Assembly (NCBI GenBank): GCA_964252035.1
Contig: OZ176203.1
Direction: 5' to 3' (one strand)
From: Podarcis erhardii
Lineage: Eukaryota
Length of the DNA: 64,000 bases
This document shows, one piece after another, positions 50,601-56,739 of the stretch (position 1 is its first letter; each line of letters starts with the position of its first letter). Made by a program: the position numbers and the translations under genes. The notes under the pieces were generated by a model, which did no database searches, was not told the DNA's origin, and saw only the letters and a program-made list of their open reading frames with translations.

Positions 50601-53600
50601 ATACTAGCGTGTGCACACAGACACACTCATATATCTCGTATCCTAAATACACAGATTAAGGGGTGCAATCCGATCATAGTGGCAAGTATAACTACTGTGT
50701 ATTGGAAGTCATGTGAAATTCCAGAATTATCAAGCCAAAAGAAAATTAGGTAGTACAAACCTAACAAAATTAAGTATGAGCACATGAATGAAGGCAATAA
50801 AAGGGATGACATGTGTTTGTAGAAAAATGAATAAAGGAGACCTGTATTCCTGTTGTTGTTGTTTTTAAATTTAAAGCAAGATAATGCTGCCTGGGTAAAA
50901 GCACTATCCTCTGCATGTGCTCAACATGTTCTGCAGGCAAGCACCACTGATAGCAAAGCCATCCTAGCAATGAAGCTACATTATAGTTGTTTCTTTCTGC
51001 ATCACGTTCTAGAGAGGGCACCATTTCCTGTCTCTATAAGATTGGTGATGATGATTTAATATATGATTAAGGGGTAAATTTCCTATGTTTGGTCAGGTTG
51101 AGATTCAAATAATAGGTGGTCTCACAAGTTGGTGGCTATATACAGGGGGGGAGGAGTATTTGCTAAATTTGCGTGTTTGCCCTCTGACGAAGAAATGACC
51201 AGTCCATAATTTTAATGGTAGGTTTATTGTAGCTGTGAAAGACAGAATAACAACAGGAAAAGCCCCAGAAACCCAGAAGACAAAAGTCAGAGATTGGTGT
51301 GCATTATAATGAGTGAAATAAGTATTTGATCCCCTATCAACCAGCCAGATGTCAGGCTACCTGGTATCTTCACTGTATGTAACAAGCTGAGATTAGAAGA
51401 GCCAGCTGTAAGGGAGAGGTCTTACCTGTAATCCCAGCTCGTTACAGTACCTGTACAAAAGACACCTGTCGACAGAAGCAATCAATCCAGCAGATTTCAT
51501 TTACTGTAGTGTAAATGAAAGAAAACGAGTCAGGCTGCCTTTTTCCAATGAGTAATTATTTCCCCCCTTTTACATGCCCAGATTGAATCCTAAATATGTG
51601 CACGCTATGAACAACCTGGGAAATATCTTGAAAGAAAGGAATGAACTCCATGAAGCTGAAGAGCTGCTGTCACTAGCTGTACAAATACAGTACGTTTTTA
51701 AATACACAATTCCAGTTGTTGTTGCAGAGCATATAAAAGGAGTGCTGTGTCCTGTCCTATATACTAAATGTATCCAACAATTCTGCCTAGGCCTGATTTT
51801 GCAGCGGCATGGATGAATCTGGGAATAGTGCAGAATAGCTTAAGGAGGTATGGAGAAGCAGAGCAAAGCTACTGGACTGCAATTAGACACCGAAAAAAAT
51901 ACCCAGATTGTTACTATAATTTAGGACGTTTGGTAAGTGTATTGCATTACATGTGTGCTAATGACAGCAAGGGACTAAGATAAAATGTCGCCTCGGTGGC
52001 GAACTTAAGCATACTTCCTAGATGTTAACAGTGTGGTTAAACAGCAGTACTTTGGCATGTTTCATGTAGCTTCCTAATAATATTCTGAGTGCAGTAGGTG
52101 AAGAGCACATCCTCAGCCCAGCACTCCAGCCCATAGCAGACCATCTGCTTTGCATGCAAAAGGTCCCAGGTTCAATCCCCAAGTCGGGGTGGGAGAGACT
52201 CCTGCTTGCAACCCTGAAAGCCTCTGCCGGTCAGTGTGTGCAATACTGAGCAAGATGGACCAACTCAGTATAAGGCAGTTTCCTATGTTCCTGTGTGTTG
52301 TTCTTACAGTATCAGTGGGCGAGAACTTTCACTGCAGATTGCCTTTCGTGGCTTTGACCATTATAAATTGTTTTCAAGAGCTTGTCCCCAAAATATAGCA
52401 CTACTCACTATTGTTTTTTTCATATATACATGGTTGGTTTTTTGCATAAAGTAATATAAGCATGAGTGGGACAAAACAAAACAAATTCCTTCCAGTAGCA
52501 CCTTAAAGACCAACTAAGTCAGTTCTTGGTATGAGCTTTCGTGTGCATGCACACTTCTTCAGATACACTGAAACAGAAGTTTCCAGACCCTTCTATATAG
52601 TGAGAAGGTGGGGAGGGGTATTACTCAGAAGGGTGGTGGGAATGGGTGATTGGCAGATAGCTGTGATGAGCCTGTTGACGACTCTTAACGACTGCAATAG
52701 GTCTTACAGGAAAAAGCAAGGGGTGAAAAGGTGAAAAATGGCTTTGTCATGTATAATGAGATAAGAATCCAAGGTCTTTGTTCAGACCAGGTTTTTCCAT
52801 GGTTTTGAGTTTGGTGATAAGTTGTAATTCAGCAGCTTCTCTATGAGTGGGACTAGACAGGAGAGGAACTTGAGCATTGATCTAATTTATTCAGGACTAC
52901 CGTTACTGTATTTGCTGTCATATTGTCGTCCGTGTTTCAGTATGCTGACCTCAATCGCCACATAGATGCATTGAATGCATGGAGGAATGCCACTGTTCTG
53001 AAACCACAACACAGTTTGGCTTGGAACAACATGATTATATTGCTTGATAATACAGGTACAGTAACAATTACCCAGCGACGTTTAAATAAGTGATGCATTT
53101 ATGCAGTTTTTGCCCTGCTTACGGTTTTGTGGAATAAAAACTAGTGTGCTATTCAGCACCCTTTCCTCTCTTTTCTTACGTTCCTAGGTAACTTAGCACA
53201 AGCTGAAGCTGTTGGAAGAGAGGCTTTGGAGTTAATACCCAATGATCATTCTCTTATGTTTTCACTGGCAAATGTATTGGGGAAATCACAGAAATATAAG
53301 GTAGTAAAATATTTCCAATCATAACTTTTGAATGAAATAATTATCTTACTTGTTTCTCCATTGTTCATAGACTGAATAGGTTCTCAAAAAATTTACAACT
53401 CACATTAGAGACAAGCTGACGTGTTGTTCTGTAGGTACATGTGGCAAAATAGACGTGCACATTTGTAATGTGGTGGCATGTATATGTTGTCATGGCAAAC
53501 TACTCGTGTATGGGGTTTGCCACCTTTTATTCAAGGTCACCTGTGTTGAATAAAATATACTGCCTTCATCTGTAGAGACACAGTAATGTTGTCAAAGAGC

Positions 53601-56389
53601 TGGGCATGTGGCTGGGTTTTCTGAACCTGCAGAGTTACCAGCCCTAGATTTCATGAACGTAGGAGAATAATTTCATTGATAATTCAGAGAGAAATAGGTA
53701 AAACATCAAAGAAAAGTAGCTATAGAAAAGAAAGGTTCAGTTGAACATGGATTCCCCAGTAATCTGAATTTTTTATAGGCCAAATCCTCCTTTTTCAGAT
53801 ATGTCCTAAGAAGTAAGATAGCCTTTAGGGCCCTGGTCTGATCAACTCCTGGGTGCTAAACTAATTTACTTGATTCATCCCTAGCTGAGGTTCTCAGTGG
53901 TCCCCACAATCACATGAGATAGGAACACATACTCTGGGTATTATTCAGCTGACTTTTACTCATTCGTGCCTATACAGAAAACACCAGGTTCCTTACCGTG
54001 AACAAGTTCATGAGTTTGGTTTAGGGAGACAGGCAAGCAAGCGTGTTTTGCAGAACAGTTCCGAAACCACATAAAAATATTTTTTATCTTATATGCAGCA
54101 CATCTAAAAACCATCTCTCAAATTGATAAATATAGAAATAAACCAGGGTTTTTCCTGAAAAAAACATTTAAATTAGAACCAGCATTTGCCCTTGGATTAT
54201 AAACAGACATAAGTAGCCCTGTAATTACCGTATTTTTCGCTCTATAGGACGCACTTTTTCCCCTTCAAAAATGAAGGGGAAATGTGTGTGCGTCCTGTGG
54301 AGCGAAGAAGCCATAGCCCCGTGACCCTCTCCTGGCTGGAGAGGTGACGCGCGGCTATTGCAGGAGCCTCTATAGCCGCGTGTCACTTCTCCAGCCGGGA
54401 GAGCGCGCACGGGGCTAAGGCAGCCCCCCCCCCGCGACCCTCTCCTGGCTGGAGAGGTGACGCGCGGCTATGGCAGGAGCCTCTTTAGCCGCGCGCCACC
54501 TCTGCAGCCGGGAGAGAGCGCATGGGCTAAAGAAGCCCCGCTTACTCTCTCCCAGCTGGAGAAGTGACGCGCGACTATGGCAGCAGCCTCTCCGCTGCGC
54601 TTTTCCGCTGCTCCCTGACCTGCTCTTTGGGGCTGGTGGTGGGCTTCCCCCCGCCAGCCCCAAAGAGCAGGTCGAAAGGAACCTGAAGCCTGGAGAGCGA
54701 GAGGGGTCGTTGCGCACCGACCCCTCTCGCTCTCCAGGCTTCCAAGGTAGCCGCCTGAACGCACCTTAAACGGCACCTTGATTTAGAGCGGGAAAACAAG
54801 AGGGGGAAAATTCTCCCCCTCTCTGCGCAGCACCTCCTGCCGCTTCGCTGAAGGGGCGCTGGGCAGAGAGGGGGAGAATTTTTTTTTCTTGTTCTCCCCC
54901 CTCTAAAACAAGGTGCGTCCTATGGTGCGAAAAATACGGTGCGTCCTATGGTGCGAAAAATACGGTATGTCTGCATCCACTGGATAGGAACATCTTTAAA
55001 AGTATTTTTAATCTCTTATCTGTTTAAATAATTGTTTTTCTTGAGTAATTGTAGAAATTTTGTATGCGTTGTTCAGAGTTGAATGATGTCATGCAAGAGG
55101 GATGTGTGAGCCTAGCAAAACTGAAAATGAATAATGAAAATATTTAGTGGTCTGAATCTTTGAAGCAAGTCAATTAGAAAAACAAGTGAAAAGTCTTTTG
55201 TGGAACATTTTTTCTTTCTAGAAGTATTGTCTCCAAAACAAAGCAGATAAGCCTTTAAAAATTGTTGGCTGTAATAAAAGTAGATTCATCTCATTGATTT
55301 TATTGGGATTAACTTCATTTTAACACAAATATGCAGGTTTTAAGTGGTGATTTGTGTGAGCATCCGTTTATAATGCAGTCCGCAAGTGTTTTTGTGTTCT
55401 TACTAGCACAGAAGTAATTACTGTTTAATTGACAGCAACTACCAGACAACAGCTGGATCAGGCTGTGAATTATATTGTATGTATATCCATTAGAGAGAAG
55501 TAGAAGTGTGAATGCACATGAAAAAAATATGGTGACATAATCACATTAATAGACCACAGAGCATGAGGTAATTGGTAGTGTTTGGTTGTACTTGACATTG
55601 TATGCACTACAGAAATAGCTTGTCCTGTTGATCTCTTTTTCTGAATTATTCAGGAATCTGAAGCTTTGTTCCACAAGGCAATTAAAGCCAATCCAACTGC
55701 AGCCAGTTACCATGGTAATTTGGGTAAGACATTTTACAGCTCCCCTAGTGCAAACTTTTAAAAAATCAGACACACTGCTTGTACTTCTTTTCATGTTAAT
55801 TGTCTTAAAAACTACTGTTTTTAAGGCATTATTCTGCTGCCGAGATTTCTATTCTGCCTACTTGCTAAACAAATTGCCAGCTAGAGAAAGGAGTTCCAAA
55901 AATGCAAAGCTCAATGCATTGTATAATAGACCAACCAGGCAGCACACTACAGCCAGAGGTGGCTGCATGTCAGTGGTGGCAAATTGGCTCTTTTGTGCCA
56001 TGCTTGCAAACCGCCATGAGCTCTCCTGATAAAAACAGCAATTTATGGCTCTAGCACAATCCACTCTTGTCATTCCCTGGCCTGCTCAGCTCCCAAACGT
56101 GTCCCCTCCAGCTGGCAACAGAGCAGGCTGCCACCATGCCGGCAGCCAACCAAATGTTTTAATGTTTTCTAAGTAATTGGCAAGATTGTCTGTCCTTCAA
56201 CGATGTTGCTAACAAAAACTCCTCTTTGCTGTTTCAGCTGTGCTGTACCATCGCTGGGGAAATCTTGACTTAGCCAAGAAACACTATGAAATCTCTCTGA
56301 AGCTTGACCCCACAGCAGCTGGGACCAGGGAAAACTATAGTCTTTTAAAAAGGAAACTGGACCAACTGGGGAAAAAAGGCGATGTCTGA
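10745..56389 (+). CDS. TMTC4: TMTC4, spliced CDS of 17 coding exons, 2223 nt = 740 aa + stop (membrane GT-C O-mannosyltransferase with C-terminal TPR repeats)
   Basis: Hand-spliced exons are all GT-AG with consistent phases. The translation follows vertebrate TMTC4 as I recall it ([63 protein letters not shown] repeats). Confidence 0.97.
12014..12310 (+). mobile_element. Sauria SINE, 5' part (interrupted by the copia element)
   Basis: gggacgcgggtggcgctgtgggttaaaccacagagc tRNA-like head; continues at 16043 exactly as in the intact copies. Confidence 0.92.
12311..12722 (-). repeat. 3' LTR of the copia element (412 bp)
   Basis: Apparently identical to 15626-16037; AATAAA on the minus strand at 12540-12545. 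Confidence 0.97.
12695..15325 (-). CDS. 876-aa copia polyprotein: short Gag, protease-like domain, HHCC + DDE integrase + SH3-like fold, acidic tail; no RT/RNase H
   Basis: EKLT..WATW..LW (copia Gag N-terminus); [11 protein letters not shown] (PR-like, 14525-14536); WHGRTIH...CDTC (13994-14104); [16 protein letters not shown]; LRKFGSP...FCGY; [15 protein letters not shown]. Confidence 0.93.
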   Translation of the reverse strand: MAESQDMPVEKLTLTSWATWSRRVRGWFLVTGLWEGSQSEPAEAGCESAVPGDGKQRMQQELNMLRACVDASLRPHLEGVQTPGAAWKVLRSLCETAAGGQGPGEEMESPKMAAAPVPGTSVSRSTVGQIGGAKSSKGKFKKLSTVAEAESNFSRGQAGGRCRSRRRKARPAGRSPGQCFSTGIQRLHGSCPHRSTEPMQDVCKDTSHGNQAGFHGNRPGKTGRRGTEPGGRGKQQEESFQTTACMALFENSCVENSKLSFVIDSTANRNMVPETSAVKMGNCTAIPAGQTVMFANGQRTQIKTVTNVFLSVLQERMEFCIVPEAHHCLLSVPYLLSKGFKVCFENDVCTISRGGRLLATVKKGQNDLFILKTSLGGEGKVERAQAQRATVPNQRATIPAHVSCACVWHGRTIHGSVEDLQVLPEVSTGCKIRDCRSAINCDTCKQAKVKGCSYPKVERVTTKPFELVHIDLASPVKEPSLGGARFLLTFLDDFSQSTWTHGLKSREDAAQLIKSWVEGVELRFSTRVQAIVSDRNARYTGSALQQFFHRRGIRHTVTSPSKRGVAELRSEALVKAGQVMLKEARLPPKFWLEGIRCVSFTWNRVYNSLVGDTPYSLLNGRKPQVHFLRKFGSPAVVPVPKALQGPDGAKVQKMIFCGYEPDARAWRFAYPSGDQSKVLISKHADFCQEDVKSKTPVRRDILSECLSDPEDSSGEEEEEAESADDDQVTDQGQEQGGVSPQVVRRGQPKSEPSSPVSVMERIRRRFKSEGETRDAEDTPAGDSEPEETPEFVPRRSSRTTKGIPPERYQATGTWVSFAQCDSESCEVIPQMPNRYAKVGRKALGKGLISQGVAEDVTQVLSESDARGCVGVQNLTG
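12723..12731 (-). other. Polypurine tract of the copia element (AAGGGGGTG)
   Basis: Purine-rich run directly upstream of the 3' LTR on the minus strand. Confidence 0.75.
15611..15625 (-). other. Primer-binding site of the copia element (GGTTATGGGGGGTCA), related to the half-tRNA-iMet PBS GGTTATGGGCCCAG
   Basis: Directly abuts the 5' LTR; first 9 nt match the canonical copia PBS. Confidence 0.75.
15626..16037 (-). repeat. 5' LTR of the copia element (412 bp)
   Basis: Apparently identical to 12311-12722. Confidence 0.97.
16043..16090 (+). mobile_element. Sauria SINE, 3' remainder after the copia insertion
   Basis: caaccccagagtcggtcacgactggacctaatggtccctttacc matches the SINE tails at about 5705-5761 and 43937-43993. 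Confidence 0.9.
17563..17731. mobile_element. MITE of the same CCGTATTTTT family
   Basis: TA-flanked inverted termini. Confidence 0.88.
18504..18861 (+). mobile_element. Sauria SINE, full length
   Basis: Head to (TTTACC)n tail; imperfect flanking duplication acac(g/a)gaagaag. Confidence 0.92.
21281..21422. mobile_element. Older hAT-type MITE
   Basis: cagggatggggaac...gttccccacctctg termini; flanks atttaagt/atctaagg. Confidence 0.7.
21551..21697 (+). mobile_element. Sauria SINE, 5' half only
   Basis: Head to ...cacgtcaaagtg, then unrelated sequence. Confidence 0.88.
21731..21920. mobile_element. Tigger/pogo-like MITE, TIR CAGTGGTACCTCGGGTTA, TA TSD
   Basis: TA|cagtggtacc...ggtaccactg|TA. 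Confidence 0.88.
22975..23111. mobile_element. Older hAT-type foldback MITE (same family as 46157-46292)
   Basis: gactacaattcccatcatc / gatgatgggatttgtagtcc inverted arms. Confidence 0.75.
23470..23585 (+). CDS. TMTC4: TMTC4 coding exon 2 ([18 protein letters not shown]...LTFR)
   Basis: tttcag|GAC acceptor, AG|gtgag donor, 116 nt. Confidence 0.96.
25540..25756 (+). CDS. TMTC4: TMTC4 coding exon 3 (INYLLAGG...HPVHTEC)
   Basis: tgtag|G acceptor, TGT|gtaagt donor, 217 nt. Confidence 0.96.
25885..25908. repeat. (CA)n microsatellite
   Basis: Direct reading. Confidence 0.9.
26304..26441. mobile_element. Degenerate hAT-type MITE
   Basis: caggg...ccctg termini; ggactacatctccc / ggagtccaacaa interior. 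Confidence 0.55.
28034..28121 (+). CDS. TMTC4: TMTC4 coding exon 4 ([29 protein letters not shown])
   Basis: ttttcaag|ATC acceptor, A|gtaagt donor, 88 nt. Confidence 0.96.
28531..28725 (-). mobile_element. Old CR1-type 3' UTR fragment
   Basis: aagagccctgctggat...ccatccagtccagc, similar to 6390-6450 and 18296-18330. Confidence 0.5.
30731..30955 (-). mobile_element. tRNA-derived CORE/MIR-like SINE
   Basis: Reverse-complement homolog of 1491-1716. Confidence 0.7.
30994..31458 (-). mobile_element. L2-clade LINE 3' fragment
   Basis: [23 protein letters not shown]...[14 protein letters not shown]; AT-rich tail. Confidence 0.85.
32248..32666. mobile_element. MITE of the same CCGTATTTTT family with GC-rich palindromic core
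   Basis: TA-flanked inverted termini; perfect 38-bp palindrome at 32525-32562. Confidence 0.88.
32794..32891 (+). CDS. TMTC4: TMTC4 coding exon 5 ([11 protein letters not shown]...[11 protein letters not shown])
   Basis: gatag|GT acceptor, CTG|gtaagt donor, 98 nt. Confidence 0.95.
33482..33718 (-). mobile_element. L2-clade LINE 3' fragment
   Basis: ORF ...[37 protein letters not shown]; same family as 39915-40408. Confidence 0.85.
34232..34342. mobile_element. Degenerate hAT-type MITE
   Basis: cagccttctcc...gggaaaggct termini; ggactacaac / gttgtagtcc arms. Confidence 0.55.
34803..34895 (+). CDS. TMTC4: TMTC4 coding exon 6 ([13 protein letters not shown]...KDKSLE)
   Basis: Long pyrimidine tract + ttag|GGT, GAG|gtgatt donor, 93 nt. 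Confidence 0.94.
35560..35694. mobile_element. hAT-type foldback MITE with 8-bp TSD CCTTATGG
   Basis: Long inverted arms (ccagatgttttgggactacaactcccatcatccct); TSD at 35552-35559 and 35695-35702. Confidence 0.88.
36424..36492 (-). mobile_element. CR1 extreme 3' tail fragment
   Basis: tcatagactcatagaatcgtagagttggaaggg...ccccctgc. Confidence 0.7.
38036..38210 (-). mobile_element. tRNA-derived CORE/MIR-like SINE
   Basis: Reverse-complement homolog; head cagtgtggtgtagtggttaag. Confidence 0.65.
38461..39060 (-). mobile_element. Young CR1 LINE 3' fragment, copy A
   Basis: (AGAATCAT)n tail; ORF ...[40 protein letters not shown]... Confidence 0.93.
39220..39381 (+). CDS. TMTC4: TMTC4 coding exon 7 ([13 protein letters not shown]...[13 protein letters not shown])
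   Basis: ctctag|AGT acceptor, AGG|gtaagt donor, 162 nt, phase 0-0. Confidence 0.96.
39915..40408 (-). mobile_element. L2-clade LINE 3' fragment with (AAT)18 tail
   Basis: ORF ...[20 protein letters not shown]...[12 protein letters not shown]...; microsatellite at 39915-39968. Confidence 0.88.
40772..41447 (-). mobile_element. Young CR1 LINE 3' fragment, copy B
   Basis: Near-identical to copy A; ORF ...[34 protein letters not shown]... Confidence 0.93.
42217..42419 (+). CDS. TMTC4: TMTC4 coding exon 8 ([28 protein letters not shown]...EDSQKR)
   Basis: gacag|GCT acceptor, AG|gtaaac donor, 203 nt. Confidence 0.96.
43640..43993 (+). mobile_element. Sauria SINE, full length, TSD TATAGTGGGG
   Basis: Duplicated flank at 43625-43634 and 43994-44003. 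Confidence 0.93.
44639..44667. repeat. Poly(A) tract, 29 nt
   Basis: Direct reading. Confidence 0.9.
45517..45688 (+). CDS. TMTC4: TMTC4 coding exon 9 (ILTLGLGFL...[12 protein letters not shown]...AKK K)
   Basis: ttccag|A acceptor, AAG|gtactg donor, 172 nt. Confidence 0.96.
45782..45913 (+). CDS. TMTC4: TMTC4 coding exon 10 (KFLVAALL...CPLNAK)
   Basis: ctccaag|AAA acceptor, AAA|gtaagt donor, 132 nt. Confidence 0.95.
46157..46292. mobile_element. hAT-type foldback MITE (TIR CAGTGTTCCCCAACCTTGGGTCTCCAGCTG), 8-bp TSD CTTTAGAG/CTTTAGAA
   Basis: Near-perfect inverted arms; 7/8 TSD match. Confidence 0.87.
46481..46759. mobile_element. GC-rich hAT-type MITE, 8-bp TSD ATTCAGAT
   Basis: Termini caggggaggaggaag / cttcctccgccactg (13/15 inverted); TSD at 46473-46480 and 46760-46767. 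Confidence 0.8.
47968..48201. mobile_element. Tigger/pogo-like MITE (CAGTGGTACC family)
   Basis: Inverted termini; homologous to 21731-21920. Confidence 0.87.
48277..48510 (+). mobile_element. Degenerate L2-type 3' end
   Basis: [14 protein letters not shown]-like end; ttgtgaactgc...gggcggtatacaaataaaataaa tail. Confidence 0.6.
48672..49026. mobile_element. Tigger/pogo-like MITE, TIR CAGTGGTGCC, with repeated GCAAGACG subterminal motifs
   Basis: TA|cagtggtgcc...ggcaccactg|TA; internal tandem taagccgcttatcagctgatcc x2. Confidence 0.85.
50014..50093 (+). CDS. TMTC4: TMTC4 coding exon 11 ([27 protein letters not shown]; TPR)
   Basis: tttcag|GTT acceptor, AG|gtacgt donor, 80 nt. Confidence 0.96.
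51143..51506 (+). mobile_element. Tc1-family DNA transposon remnant (left IR/DR-type long TIR + 5' UTR)
   Basis: TA|CAGGGG start; outer agtatttg and inner gaaataagtatttgatcccct direct repeats; aaaagacacctgtc..cagaagcaatcaatc leader resembling Tc1 elements I recall from fish/amphibians; ends ...ttactg|TA. Confidence 0.72.
51582..51689 (+). CDS. TMTC4: TMTC4 coding exon 12 ([19 protein letters not shown]...VQIQ; TPR)
   Basis: gcccag|A acceptor, CA|gtacgt donor, 108 nt. Confidence 0.96.
51791..51932 (+). CDS. TMTC4: TMTC4 coding exon 13 ([11 protein letters not shown]...YYNLGRL; TPR)
   Basis: cctag|G acceptor, TTG|gtaagt donor, 142 nt. Confidence 0.96.
52134..52292 (+). mobile_element. tRNA-derived squamate SINE with CR1-like tail
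   Basis: ctgctttgcatgcaaaaggtcccaggttcaatcccc head; cagtataaggcagtttcctatgttcct tail. Confidence 0.65.
52473..52842 (-). mobile_element. Penelope-like element 3' fragment with 11-bp TSD ATGAGTGGGAC
   Basis: Minus strand translates [30 protein letters not shown] (resembles a GIY-YIG C-terminus); ctgaagaagtgtgcatgcacacgaaagctc 3' motif; TSD at 52462-52472 and 52843-52853. Confidence 0.8.
52941..53055 (+). CDS. TMTC4: TMTC4 coding exon 14 ([17 protein letters not shown]...LLDNT; TPR)
   Basis: tttcag|TAT acceptor, G|gtacag donor, 115 nt. Confidence 0.96.
53188..53300 (+). CDS. TMTC4: TMTC4 coding exon 15 ([14 protein letters not shown]...KSQKYK; TPR)
   Basis: cctag|GT acceptor, AAG|gtagta donor, 113 nt. 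Confidence 0.96.
54228..54965. mobile_element. Longer MITE of the CCGTATTTTT family with hairpin repeats and a duplicated right end
   Basis: TA-flanked inverted termini; 26-bp tandem duplication at 54912-54963. Confidence 0.88.
55654..55723 (+). CDS. TMTC4: TMTC4 coding exon 16 ([23 protein letters not shown]; TPR)
   Basis: ttcag|GAA acceptor, G|gtaaga donor, 70 nt. Confidence 0.96.
56238..56389 (+). CDS. TMTC4: TMTC4 last coding exon ([18 protein letters not shown]...KKGDV*)
   Basis: tttcag|CT acceptor, TGA at 56387-56389. Confidence 0.96.
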
Positions 56390-56583
56390 GGTTTCTTCTC
56401 AGGCTTTGAATGCGTACTGCATACCATTTATTGGCAACATGGCTACTAATCACCAGGGAGAGAAGCATTCAGTCATACTGTCATTTAAAAAAACACAACA
56501 ATAACCCAATAATTATAGCACCAGCAACAAATACTCAAAATGTTTCTTGAAGTCTAGTGGCAGAAGTAAATTTCTTTACAAAA

Positions 56584-56739
56584 AATAAAAAGCAACGCTG
56601 GTTTTGAAATTTTCATTTGGAGAACCGAAAGGTTTGTATTTATGCTTTCAGCTTTTTGACCCAATTTCAAAACCTGTTGAATATTTACATTCTTATACTC
56701 TGAGCACTTGTGCTGGTAGGGGCAACTTACTCAAATAAA
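56584..56739 (+). terminator. Candidate TMTC4 polyadenylation signals (AATAAA at 56584-56589 and 56734-56739)
   Basis: First canonical hexamers after the stop codon; further AATAAA sites lie downstream, so the site used is unknown. Confidence 0.4.

Noticed and set aside
54320-54600. Repeats with spacers, superficially CRISPR-like
   Set aside because: Eukaryotic MITE interior; units are inverted-repeat hairpins without unique constant-length spacers or cas genes.
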